In this document: piece by piece, positions 19,003 through 27,004 of the stretch
How positions within the stretch are numbered: the stretch's first letter is position 1
How the letters are laid out: each line of letters opens with the position of its first letter
DNA from: Patescibacteria group bacterium
GTDB lineage: Bacteria > Patescibacteriota > Patescibacteriia > JACRDY01
Reading direction: 5' to 3'
Length of the DNA stretch: 64,000 nt
Assembly: GCA_041653535.1 (NCBI GenBank)
Contig: JBAZFH010000003.1
Span: 66,771-130,770 of the forward strand
Notes under the pieces: model-generated
Told to the model about the DNA's origin: nothing
The model's database searches: none
What the model saw: only the letters and a program-made list of their open reading frames with translations
Position numbers and translations under genes: made by a program

Positions 19003-20607
19003 ATGGCAGTTAGTCTCTATCGTAAATATAGGCCGCAGACTTTTGCCGATGTGGTCGGTCAAAACCATGTCAAAGTCACGCTGCAAAACGAAGTCAAGCA
19101 GGGCAATCTAGCCCATGCTTATTTGTTTTCTGGTCCGCGCGGTATTGGCAAAACGTCAATCGCGAGAATTTTGGCCAAAGCCGTGAATTGTATTGATCGT
19201 AAAAACGGCGATGAGCCGTGTGACAAATGCGAGGCTTGCGAAGAAGTAAAAAACGGCAACTGTTTGGACGTGATCGAAATCGATGCCGCGTCTCACACCG
19301 GTGTTGATAATGTCCGAGAAAATATTATCGAAAACGCTAGGTTCAACCCCAGTCGCTGGAAATATAAAGTTTTTATTATCGACGAAGTCCACATGCTTTC
19401 GCTGTCGGCTTTTAACGCGCTGCTCAAAATAATGGAAGAGCCTCCGGCGCACGTTATTTTTATTTTGTGTACTACCGAAATCCACAAAATACCGGCGACG
19501 ATTATTTCTCGCTGTCAGCGTTTTGATTTCAAAAAAGTTGTGCTGGGTGATATTGTCAACCACCTTAGCTTTATTGCCAAGAAAGAGGGGGTTAGTTGCG
19601 ATAAAGAAGTACTGATGGCAATCACTCGCCATTCGGAAGGATATTTGCGCGACGCTGTCGGACTGCTCGGGCAAATACTTTCACTTGGTGAAAAAAAAAT
19701 AACGCTGGAACAAGCCGAGCTAGTAATCCCGCGATCTAATTTTATTTTAGTTTCCGAGCTAGTTGATTATCTGGTGGCGAAAGACACAGCTCGGGCGTTG
19801 CAGTTAATAAACCGCCTAGCTAACGAAGGAGTGAATTTGGTGCAGTTTACTATTGACCTGGTAGAATTTTTGCGCAAAATATTACTGGTCAAAATATCGG
19901 GTAAACTAGAAGAGTTTGCTCTGGAGTTTGAAGCTGACGAAGAAAAAAAGATTATCGCGCTACTGGATAAACTTGATTTAAAAAAAATCGTTTTATTTAT
20001 AGATACTTTTGTTGATCGGTTGTCAGCAGTCAAGCAAAGCGCTATCACGCAGCTGCCGCTAGAAATGGCAGTGGTTGAACTTTGTGGCGAGAGCACGTAT
20101 GCGTCAGCGACATTGGTTAAAGAAATGGTTCATAAAAAAGATGATAATGTTAAGCCGGCTGGCGGGGGCAAAGAAGATAGGTCAGCGACAGTTGTAAATA
20201 ATGATCCGGAGTCGCAACCGGAAGTTGAAGAAAAAAAGAAAGTGACAAAGAGTAGTGGAGTGCTGAAGATAGAAGATGTATCCAAACAGTGGAATGAAAT
20301 AATCACTAAAATCAGTGAAGACTATCATTCTTTAGCTTTGACATTAAAAGTCAGTAAACCGTTAGAAGTTGATAATAATGTAGTCAAAATAGGTTTTAAA
20401 TATAAGTTTCATCAGGAAAGAATAGCTGATAACAAGAACAAATTGACACTTGAGAATATTTTGAGTAAACTACTGGGCGTTGATTTGCTGGTGGAACCGG
20501 TGTTTAGTGATGACATAGATATTGAGACGCCGGCGGTTTCATCTGCTCCCAGTATTGACGTTGCTTCTGGTGTGGCGGAAATGTTTGGTGGGAAAGTGGT
20601 AGGGTAG
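19003..20607 (+). CDS. dnaX: DNA polymerase III subunit gamma/tau
   Basis: AAA+ clamp-loader motifs (YRPQTF, GPRGIGKTS, DEVHML, SRCQRFDF) and a Cys-cluster zinc module. Confidence 0.85.
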   Translation: MAVSLYRKYRPQTFADVVGQNHVKVTLQNEVKQGNLAHAYLFSGPRGIGKTSIARILAKAVNCIDRKNGDEPCDKCEACEEVKNGNCLDVIEIDAASHTGVDNVRENIIENARFNPSRWKYKVFIIDEVHMLSLSAFNALLKIMEEPPAHVIFILCTTEIHKIPATIISRCQRFDFKKVVLGDIVNHLSFIAKKEGVSCDKEVLMAITRHSEGYLRDAVGLLGQILSLGEKKITLEQAELVIPRSNFILVSELVDYLVAKDTARALQLINRLANEGVNLVQFTIDLVEFLRKILLVKISGKLEEFALEFEADEEKKIIALLDKLDLKKIVLFIDTFVDRLSAVKQSAITQLPLEMAVVELCGESTYASATLVKEMVHKKDDNVKPAGGGKEDRSATVVNNDPESQPEVEEKKKVTKSSGVLKIEDVSKQWNEIITKISEDYHSLALTLKVSKPLEVDNNVVKIGFKYKFHQERIADNKNKLTLENILSKLLGVDLLVEPVFSDDIDIETPAVSSAPSIDVASGVAEMFGGKVVG

Positions 20608-20690
20608 CAGGAGACAGGAGACAGGAGACAGGGTCTCTTATTACTCGTGTATTTTTTTATCCTGTATCCAGTATCCTGCATCCTGTATAC
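20608..20690 (+). repeat. (CAGGAGA)x3 tandem heptamer directly after the dnaX TAG, then a pyrimidine arm with (ATCCTGT)-type repeats
   Basis: gcaggagacaggagacaggagacaggg...atcctgtatccagtatcctgcatcctgtatac. Confidence 0.65.
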
Positions 20691-20700
20691 TATTTAATAT

Positions 20701-20774
20701 TCGGGGATCGTCTAATGGTAGGACGCCAGGTTCTGGCCCTGGTAATTGGGGTTCGACTCCCTGTCCCCGAGCCA
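20701..20774 (+). tRNA. tRNA-Gln (anticodon CUG)
   Basis: Manual fold: acceptor tcgggga/tccccga, D-arm gtct-aatggta-ggac, anticodon stem ccagg/cctgg with loop ttCTGgc, T-loop ttcgact, encoded CCA. Confidence 0.8.
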
Positions 20775-20818
20775 ATTAAATAGCAGCTAGCGGCTAGTAG
20801 TTAGTATATAGGAAATAG
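20754..20818 (+). repeat. 65-bp direct repeat, copy A (last 21 nt of tRNA-Gln plus 44 nt downstream). att-like.
   Basis: Identical to 20920-20984. Confidence 0.7.
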
Positions 20819-20919
20819 ATTGTTTTAAAACTGGAGTCGAAGGGCAGGAGCGAGCCGCCGAAGGTGGCTAGTGTCCGACCAAAGCGAGCAAGTGCGAGCT
20901 TTGGGCGCTGCCCAGGACG

Positions 20920-20984
20920 CGACTCCCTGTCCCCGAGCCAATTAAATAGCAGCTAGCGGCTAGTAGTTAGTATATAGGAAATAG
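20920..20984 (+). repeat. 65-bp direct repeat, copy B, separated from copy A by a 101-bp GC-rich spacer
   Basis: cgactccctgtccccgagccaattaaatagcagctagcggctagtagttagtatataggaaatag present twice. Confidence 0.7.
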
Positions 20985-21003
20985 TAAATAGGAAGTTTAA
21001 ATT

Positions 21004-22173
21004 ATGATTGTTAGGTTTGCCTTATTTGTTTGCGTGGTGCTGGCTATCGTAATTGCCGGTCACGTAATCCTTTATCACGCCTTGATTAATTTTTTGGGAA
21101 TTAGCAACGTTTTCACGCGAAACGTTCTTTTTGCAGTTTTGATTTGCTTATCCCTCAGTTTTGTTATTGCTTCACTTGTCGTCCATTGGTTTGACACCCC
21201 GTTTACTCGGGCTATTTATGACGCGGCTGGTTTCTGGCTGGGGCTGATGTTAAATTTATTATTAGCCAGTTTGTTTATTTTGGTTGTGGTGACGATTTTG
21301 GGATTAATCGGTTGGAAGTTTAATCTTAGAGATTTTAGCATTATTATATTTGTCTTGACCCTGGTTTATTCGGGATTTTCGGTTTGGACCGCGGCAAATC
21401 CGAAGATAAAAAATATTACAGTATCGGCAAAAAATTTGCCAGCTTATTGGACGGATAAAACAATAGTTCAGCTTTCCGATGTTCATTTGGGTTCGGTCCA
21501 TCGACCTGATTTTTTGTCCAGAGTGGTAAAAAAAGTTAATAGTTTAAATCCCGAGCTGGTGGTGATAACCGGAGATCTTTTTGACGGCATGGACGGAGAC
21601 CTGGATTCTTTTATCGAACCGTTAAACAAAATCCGGTCCGCTCAAGGAGTTTATTTTGTTACCGGTAACCACGAGGCTTATTTGGGGGTAGAGGATATTT
21701 TTAAATTTTTAGAAAAAACTCAAATAAAGGTTTTACACGATGATATCGTCGATATCGATGGTTTGCAGCTTGTCGGTATCAATTACCCTGAGTTTGAAGG
21801 TCAAAAAGATATTAGGGAGATTATTCGTCCGGGACAAAATTTTTTTCCGGAAAAACCGACAATACTGCTTTATCATACTCCGACCAATGTCGTCAGCGAT
21901 AAAGCGCATGCTAAATTTAATACTTACTGGTATCCCGATGTTGATTTTTCTTATGCCAAAGAGATAGGTATTGATCTGCAGCTTTCCGGGCATGTTCACA
22001 AGGGTCAGCTCTTTCCTTTTACCTGGATAACAAAACTTATTTATCGCGGTTATGATTATGGTTTGAAAATTGACGGCGGTTTTTCCATTTATGTCAGCAG
22101 CGGTACCGGTACCTGGGGTCCGCCGATGCGTACTGGTAATAGCCCGGAAATAGTGGCGGTGCGTTTGAAATAA
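21004..22173 (+). CDS. Membrane-anchored metallophosphoesterase (calcineurin-like, YkuE-type)
   Basis: N-terminal TM helices. Motifs LSDVHLG, VITGDLFDG, VTGNHE and GHVHKG. Confidence 0.75.
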   Translation: MIVRFALFVCVVLAIVIAGHVILYHALINFLGISNVFTRNVLFAVLICLSLSFVIASLVVHWFDTPFTRAIYDAAGFWLGLMLNLLLASLFILVVVTILGLIGWKFNLRDFSIIIFVLTLVYSGFSVWTAANPKIKNITVSAKNLPAYWTDKTIVQLSDVHLGSVHRPDFLSRVVKKVNSLNPELVVITGDLFDGMDGDLDSFIEPLNKIRSAQGVYFVTGNHEAYLGVEDIFKFLEKTQIKVLHDDIVDIDGLQLVGINYPEFEGQKDIREIIRPGQNFFPEKPTILLYHTPTNVVSDKAHAKFNTYWYPDVDFSYAKEIGIDLQLSGHVHKGQLFPFTWITKLIYRGYDYGLKIDGGFSIYVSSGTGTWGPPMRTGNSPEIVAVRLK

Positions 22174-22182
22174 TTTTAAAAT

Positions 22183-22917
22183 ATGAAAAAAGTATTTTTA
22201 TCTTTATGGTTGCTTTTGGCGATTATTTTTTTATTTGCCGGTTGTGCTGGGCGGGGGACGGACAATCAGCAGACAGAAAGGGAGAGAATAATCGTTATTG
22301 ATGATAGTGGTGCCTCGACTATAGATTTGGAATTGTTTAAAAAAATAATTAATCAAAATTCCGCCGAAGGACTTGGTGAAAAAGAAAAGACGGGACTTGT
22401 TTATCTGGCTGGCGAAGAAAAGATGCTGCGGGATTTTTTTGCTAAGATGGCGGAAAAATACCGGGAAAAACCTTTTGGTTATTTGGCAACGGCTGAAAGC
22501 GGGCATGTTGCTGCTGTTAAAATTTTATTGGAAAAATACGAACTAGCTGATCAAGCTGGGATGGACCTACCAACCGGTGAGTTTGCTGATAAAAAAATAA
22601 AAGAATTTTTTGACAAACAGACAGTAGCCGGAGAAGCTTCTGGCGAAGCGGCTTTAGTTGCTGGTTTAGAAATGATTGAATTTAATATTAAAGATATTGA
22701 ACAATTTACGTTTTCTACCGCTCGACCGGATTTACGTCAGTCTTATAATTTATTGGCGCAGGTAGCCAGAAATCATCTGCGTGAATTATGGAAATCGTTG
22801 CCTGAGAAAGAAGGTGAACTGAAATATAAACCTAAATATATAAGCGAGGAGCAATTCAAGAGTATAGTTGATTCGGCGACTGAAGATATTCCGTCTTTTA
22901 GGTTAAATTTGGACTAA
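22183..22917 (+). CDS. Lipoprotein with a ferritin-like DUF2202-type domain
   Basis: Lipobox LFAGC. Duplicated helical motif (EEKMLRDFFAKMAEKY...HVAAVKILLEKY and NLLAQVARNHLREL) resembles DUF2202. Confidence 0.45.
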   Translation: MKKVFLSLWLLLAIIFLFAGCAGRGTDNQQTERERIIVIDDSGASTIDLELFKKIINQNSAEGLGEKEKTGLVYLAGEEKMLRDFFAKMAEKYREKPFGYLATAESGHVAAVKILLEKYELADQAGMDLPTGEFADKKIKEFFDKQTVAGEASGEAALVAGLEMIEFNIKDIEQFTFSTARPDLRQSYNLLAQVARNHLRELWKSLPEKEGELKYKPKYISEEQFKSIVDSATEDIPSFRLNLD

Positions 22918-22972
22918 AGCTCTATACAAAAGAAAAACGGCCCGAAATAAATCGGGTCGTTTTGTTGATGGT

Positions 22973-24097
22973 TTATTTTTTGTCGTAGAACTTGATGAAC
23001 TGCCGGCAGATGCCCCGGAAATAGCTGGTTCTCTCTTCGGGTGCGACCAGGGTATAGAGGGCGCGCCAGCGATCCTTCTGCGGTTTGCCGTTTCCGGTGA
23101 TATCGAGAATTTCTTGCAGCATTTGTTTTGCTGACAAGTAGACTTCCTCTTCCAGAATGCCAAGCATTTTTTCCAGATTGCCGGACATATATCGCAGCAT
23201 CAGATATTTGTAGTCAAGTTTGTCAGCTACCATCATGGCGATGTAGGTGGTAAACTTAAACTTGACCCGCAGACCGCTTTTAAACCGGACGACGAAACCC
23301 TCACGGTTTTTGACCGTCGGGTCTTTTATCCAGGTCTTTAGCTCCTCAATCGACTGACCATGCCACAGATCGGTCATTTCGATGTGGAATTTTTTGGCCA
23401 AAGCGGTAACTATGGGATAGCAATAGTCTTCCAATGTGACTCGATTGGTGGCGCCGATTAGGATGAACTTTTCGGCTCCAGCGTATTCGAGGAATACCTT
23501 GGTATCCGGATGGATAATCTCGACAAGCAAGCAAATGTTTCCGTCGTAGATTTTTTTCCAGCCGTGTTTGCGGGCGTACTGGCGCAGCATCTTGTTACCA
23601 AGCACCGAGCTAGCGCTGGCAAAATCACCACGGGTGGTCAGGAGCAACTGCTTTTGATACTCAAAGATGATTCCCAGATGACCGTCGTGCTTGGTTGTGG
23701 CCTCAAATGATTCATTCGGCAAGTCGGTGGTTTCCGGATGTTCACCGTAGTTGTAAAACTTGACGAAAGGTCGGGCTACCAGATTGCCGTCAGAATCAAA
23801 GATGATGCCGCGGCAAAGACGCAATGGATCGGTCCAAGCATCAGGAAAGGCAAATAGGGTGTTGTGCGCCAGGGGGCTGTAGTTTAGACCAACTAGTGGC
23901 AGGGTAGGATGAAAAAAGGCGTTGACTAAATTATTAATATTTGGCCAGCCTTTTTGGGGATTGAACCAGAAAAACTTTTCCATATCAGCCAGATGGTCTT
24001 TTTTCCACTGGTGATACGACTCTTTATCGTGGACGCCATCGGCGGTCATCTTGCGGATGAATTCGCTTAGAGACCGCACTGCTTTCCGAATTTCCAT
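22973..24097 (-). CDS. ATP-dependent RNA ligase, T4 Rnl1 (RnlA) family
   Basis: 374 aa, the same length as T4 Rnl1. N-terminal LCRGIIFDSDGNLVARPFVKFYNYGEHP (T4: ECRGIMFEMDGE..ASRPMEKFFNLNENP). Motif I TKHDGHL (T4: TKEDGSL). Motif IV EGFVVRFKSG. Motif V RVKFKF (T4: EGYVAVMKDGSHFKIK). Confidence 0.7.
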   Translation of the reverse strand: MEIRKAVRSLSEFIRKMTADGVHDKESYHQWKKDHLADMEKFFWFNPQKGWPNINNLVNAFFHPTLPLVGLNYSPLAHNTLFAFPDAWTDPLRLCRGIIFDSDGNLVARPFVKFYNYGEHPETTDLPNESFEATTKHDGHLGIIFEYQKQLLLTTRGDFASASSVLGNKMLRQYARKHGWKKIYDGNICLLVEIIHPDTKVFLEYAGAEKFILIGATNRVTLEDYCYPIVTALAKKFHIEMTDLWHGQSIEELKTWIKDPTVKNREGFVVRFKSGLRVKFKFTTYIAMMVADKLDYKYLMLRYMSGNLEKMLGILEEEVYLSAKQMLQEILDITGNGKPQKDRWRALYTLVAPEERTSYFRGICRQFIKFYDKK

Positions 24098-24210
24098 CTA
24101 TATACCTCCGTAGAAAATCGGATTTTTAATGTTCGATTAATCAGAAATGTTAACATGTAAAATTATTTTTGTCAATAAAAAAAGACCTTCTTTTGAAGGT
24201 CTATGATTAT

Positions 24211-24960
24211 TTATTCGTTAATAATGATGACGGCTCCGCGGGGATTGCCGTGTCGACGATGCGACCAGTAGTAATCGTTTGGGTCACAGACAGTACAGTC
24301 TTTACTGACTGTGGTGTGAAGCTGGTTGAAGCCGTTTTGCCATAGAAGGTGTAAGGTTAATTTTTTCAAATCAACATACACTTGGTTTTTTCTGACAGTG
24401 GAAAAATACATAGTCAATTTCGGCATGTGCGGCATGATTTTTCCGTGGAACTCGTCGACGGGAAAGGAAAGGCATCTTTTGCATATTCCTGGTAATATAG
24501 CAACGCGCGTGGTTTTGGCGTTACCCGGCCAGGCTTTGGCAAAAGATTCAATAATTCCTTTGCCGATAGTGATCCGGCTGATATGAAGTAGTCCGGTGAC
24601 ATTTTCTTTTTCGTCGCGAAATGCCAGGCCCAGACAGTCAGCAAGCAGGCTAACTATTACGCTTGGTCCGGCAGTTATCACCCCATCGAAAAATTTCGGA
24701 GCAGGTGATTTGCCAGCTACGTGAATGGTATCAGTATGCTGATGTGCTGGCATAAAAACCAGCGGTGGCAAGTGTTGGTATCTTGGATAGTGAATCGACT
24801 GAAGATATTCCTTGATTGATTCATTTAACCCGGCTCGATTTTCCCGAAAAGGAGAAAAATCACCGCCAGATTGTGGGCTTAAGGTTGCCCAGGTACTATT
24901 TGCTAGAGCAACCGTCCCGCCTTTTATCTGTTTCAACTTATTAGTTCCTCCGTTTGTCAA
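24211..24960 (-). CDS. Hypothetical 249-aa protein co-oriented and adjacent to the Rnl1-like ligase. Possible 2H-phosphoesterase-like protein (very tentative).
   Basis: Two H-x-[TS]-x motifs in hydrophobic context (FMPAHQHTDTIHV and GLLHISRITIG). No P-loop or HAD motif. Confidence 0.4.
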   Translation of the reverse strand: MTNGGTNKLKQIKGGTVALANSTWATLSPQSGGDFSPFRENRAGLNESIKEYLQSIHYPRYQHLPPLVFMPAHQHTDTIHVAGKSPAPKFFDGVITAGPSVIVSLLADCLGLAFRDEKENVTGLLHISRITIGKGIIESFAKAWPGNAKTTRVAILPGICKRCLSFPVDEFHGKIMPHMPKLTMYFSTVRKNQVYVDLKKLTLHLLWQNGFNQLHTTVSKDCTVCDPNDYYWSHRRHGNPRGAVIIINE

Positions 24961-25077
24961 GAAACATTTTTATAATCCAGTATATTAGCAGATAGACGGA
25001 AAAAATCAAGCCCGGGTGTTTTTGGTAAATTTTCTCAAAATAGACTATAATATTAACGTTTATATTAAACAGCGGTT

Positions 25078-25998
25078 ATGGCTATTAAAAAAATTAGCGG
25101 CAAAGTAAATTCATGGGTTTTTATTGACCAGGTCGGGGAAGACGCCGGTGATTATTTGAAAGAAAATTTTAAATTTCATCCGCTTGATCTGGAGGATGTT
25201 TTGTCTGCTCGGCAACGTCCCAAGATAGATGTTTACAGATATTATATTTTTTTAATTTGTGTCTTTCCTTATTATGACGCGCAGGAAAAGAACAAAATTA
25301 GAGGCAGGGAGGTGGATATATTTTTGACTAAAGATTGTTTAGTCACTGTTTCCAAAAAACCATTCCCTGTTTTACGGGAGATATTCGATAAGATGGATAA
25401 AGGCGACAAACTGAAAAAAATATGGCTGGGCAAAAGTCCTAGTTTTCTTTTATATAAAATTTTGGAAATATTGTTGCGCAGCTCTAATTCTTCACTGGAT
25501 TATTGGTCACAAAAGCTGGCCGAGGTGGAAGACGATGTGTATGATCATGAGTTAAAAAGCGTGGCTCATGATTTAGCTAATATTCGTCGTGGGGTTTTAG
25601 CTTTACGTCGCATTCTCGAACCGCAAAAAATGACTATCAACACTTTGGTCGGGACACGCAAAGATTTTATTCCCGTTGAAATGGTAGATTATTTTGATAA
25701 TATTGACGATTACGTGGAGAAAATGTGCGTGACGGTGGAAAATTTTAAAGACAGTGTCGACGGTTTGCATCTTACTAATGAATCGTTAATCTCCCAGAGA
25801 ACTAACAGAACGATAAAAATATTGACAGTAATTTCTGTTGCTTTGATGCCATTGACTTTACTTTCCGGTATTTATGGTATGAACTTGTCGCGGCTGCCTT
25901 ATGCCGAACAACCAGAGATGGTTTTCGGATTTTTTGGCATAGCCATTTTATTTATCATTACTTTAATATTTGTTATTTATAAAAAAGGAAGATTTTAA
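25078..25998 (+). CDS. corA: CorA-family magnesium/cobalt transporter
   Basis: C-terminal two TM helices with the YGMN signature (IYGMNLSRLPY). Confidence 0.8.
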   Translation: MAIKKISGKVNSWVFIDQVGEDAGDYLKENFKFHPLDLEDVLSARQRPKIDVYRYYIFLICVFPYYDAQEKNKIRGREVDIFLTKDCLVTVSKKPFPVLREIFDKMDKGDKLKKIWLGKSPSFLLYKILEILLRSSNSSLDYWSQKLAEVEDDVYDHELKSVAHDLANIRRGVLALRRILEPQKMTINTLVGTRKDFIPVEMVDYFDNIDDYVEKMCVTVENFKDSVDGLHLTNESLISQRTNRTIKILTVISVALMPLTLLSGIYGMNLSRLPYAEQPEMVFGFFGIAILFIITLIFVIYKKGRF

Positions 25999-26012
25999 TT
26001 ATCAAATAAAAT

Positions 26013-26993
26013 ATGTTTTTACCAAAATATCAATTCGTTACCATTGGCGGGTCAACCAGAGATTTTATGTTCTATGATCCACAAGCCAATTTTATTTTTA
26101 CTCCGCAAAATTTGACTCAGCCAAAAAGTTTGTGTTTCGAATATGGTTCCAAGATAGAAATTGAAAAAACCTATTTTACTTTCGGCGGCGGCGCGGCAAA
26201 CGCGGCAGTCAATTTTTCTTTGCAGGGTTTTAAAACGGCGGTAATAACCGCTGTCGGTAATGATGAAAATGGTTTAGCGGTGTTGAATAATTTTAAAAAA
26301 TCAGGAGTCGATATATCTTTGATGGAAAAGCATGCTGGTAAAATGACCGGCTTTTCTTTTATTTTAACAGCGGGAAGGGAAAAGGAGCACGTGATTTTTC
26401 TTTATCGCGGTGCCAATAATGATTTGGCGGCTGACGTTTTACGGGGAAGGATTAAGAGTAAATGGTATTATCTTGCTTCTTTGTCAGGAAAAAAATGGCT
26501 GGCAGTTATTGATAAGATTTTCAAACAAAAAGCGTTAGTTGCCTGGAATCCCGGAGAGCAGCAATTAAAAGCGGGGTATTCTCGGTTAAAAAAATATTTA
26601 GAGAAAACTGAAATTTTTGCTGTCAATAAAGATGAGGCTATTGAACTGGTCTTGACAGCTAAAAAATATAAAAACGCCGGCAATAGATTAAACGATATAA
26701 AATTTTTATCGAAGGCGATAAAGGCGATGGGACCCAAAATTGTCATTGTTACTAACGGACGCAAAGGTGGTTACGTTTATGATGGTAAAAATTTTTATTA
26801 CCAAAAGGCTCTCAGTCGGGAGAAAGATGTTGTTGATACTACTGGGGTCGGGGATTGTTTTAATTCTACTTTTGTTGCGGGCTGGGAAAGGTTTGGCGAT
26901 ATCAAAAAAGCGTTGGCAGCAGCCGGTAAAAATTCGGCTTCGTTAACCACTCAGGTGGGAGCGCAGAACGGATTGCTGCGAATTATAAAATAA
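26013..26993 (+). CDS. PfkB-family carbohydrate/nucleoside kinase (ribokinase-like)
   Basis: GGGAANAA N-terminal motif and DTTGVGDCF PfkB signature 2. Confidence 0.75.
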   Translation: MFLPKYQFVTIGGSTRDFMFYDPQANFIFTPQNLTQPKSLCFEYGSKIEIEKTYFTFGGGAANAAVNFSLQGFKTAVITAVGNDENGLAVLNNFKKSGVDISLMEKHAGKMTGFSFILTAGREKEHVIFLYRGANNDLAADVLRGRIKSKWYYLASLSGKKWLAVIDKIFKQKALVAWNPGEQQLKAGYSRLKKYLEKTEIFAVNKDEAIELVLTAKKYKNAGNRLNDIKFLSKAIKAMGPKIVIVTNGRKGGYVYDGKNFYYQKALSREKDVVDTTGVGDCFNSTFVAGWERFGDIKKALAAAGKNSASLTTQVGAQNGLLRIIK

Positions 26994-27004
26994 AAAAGCC
27001 ATCT

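Noticed and set aside
20819-20919. Second tRNA or tRNA pseudogene between the two 65-bp repeats
   Set aside because: No acceptor-stem partner and no D/anticodon arm geometry. Only the duplicated 3' tRNA fragment is present.
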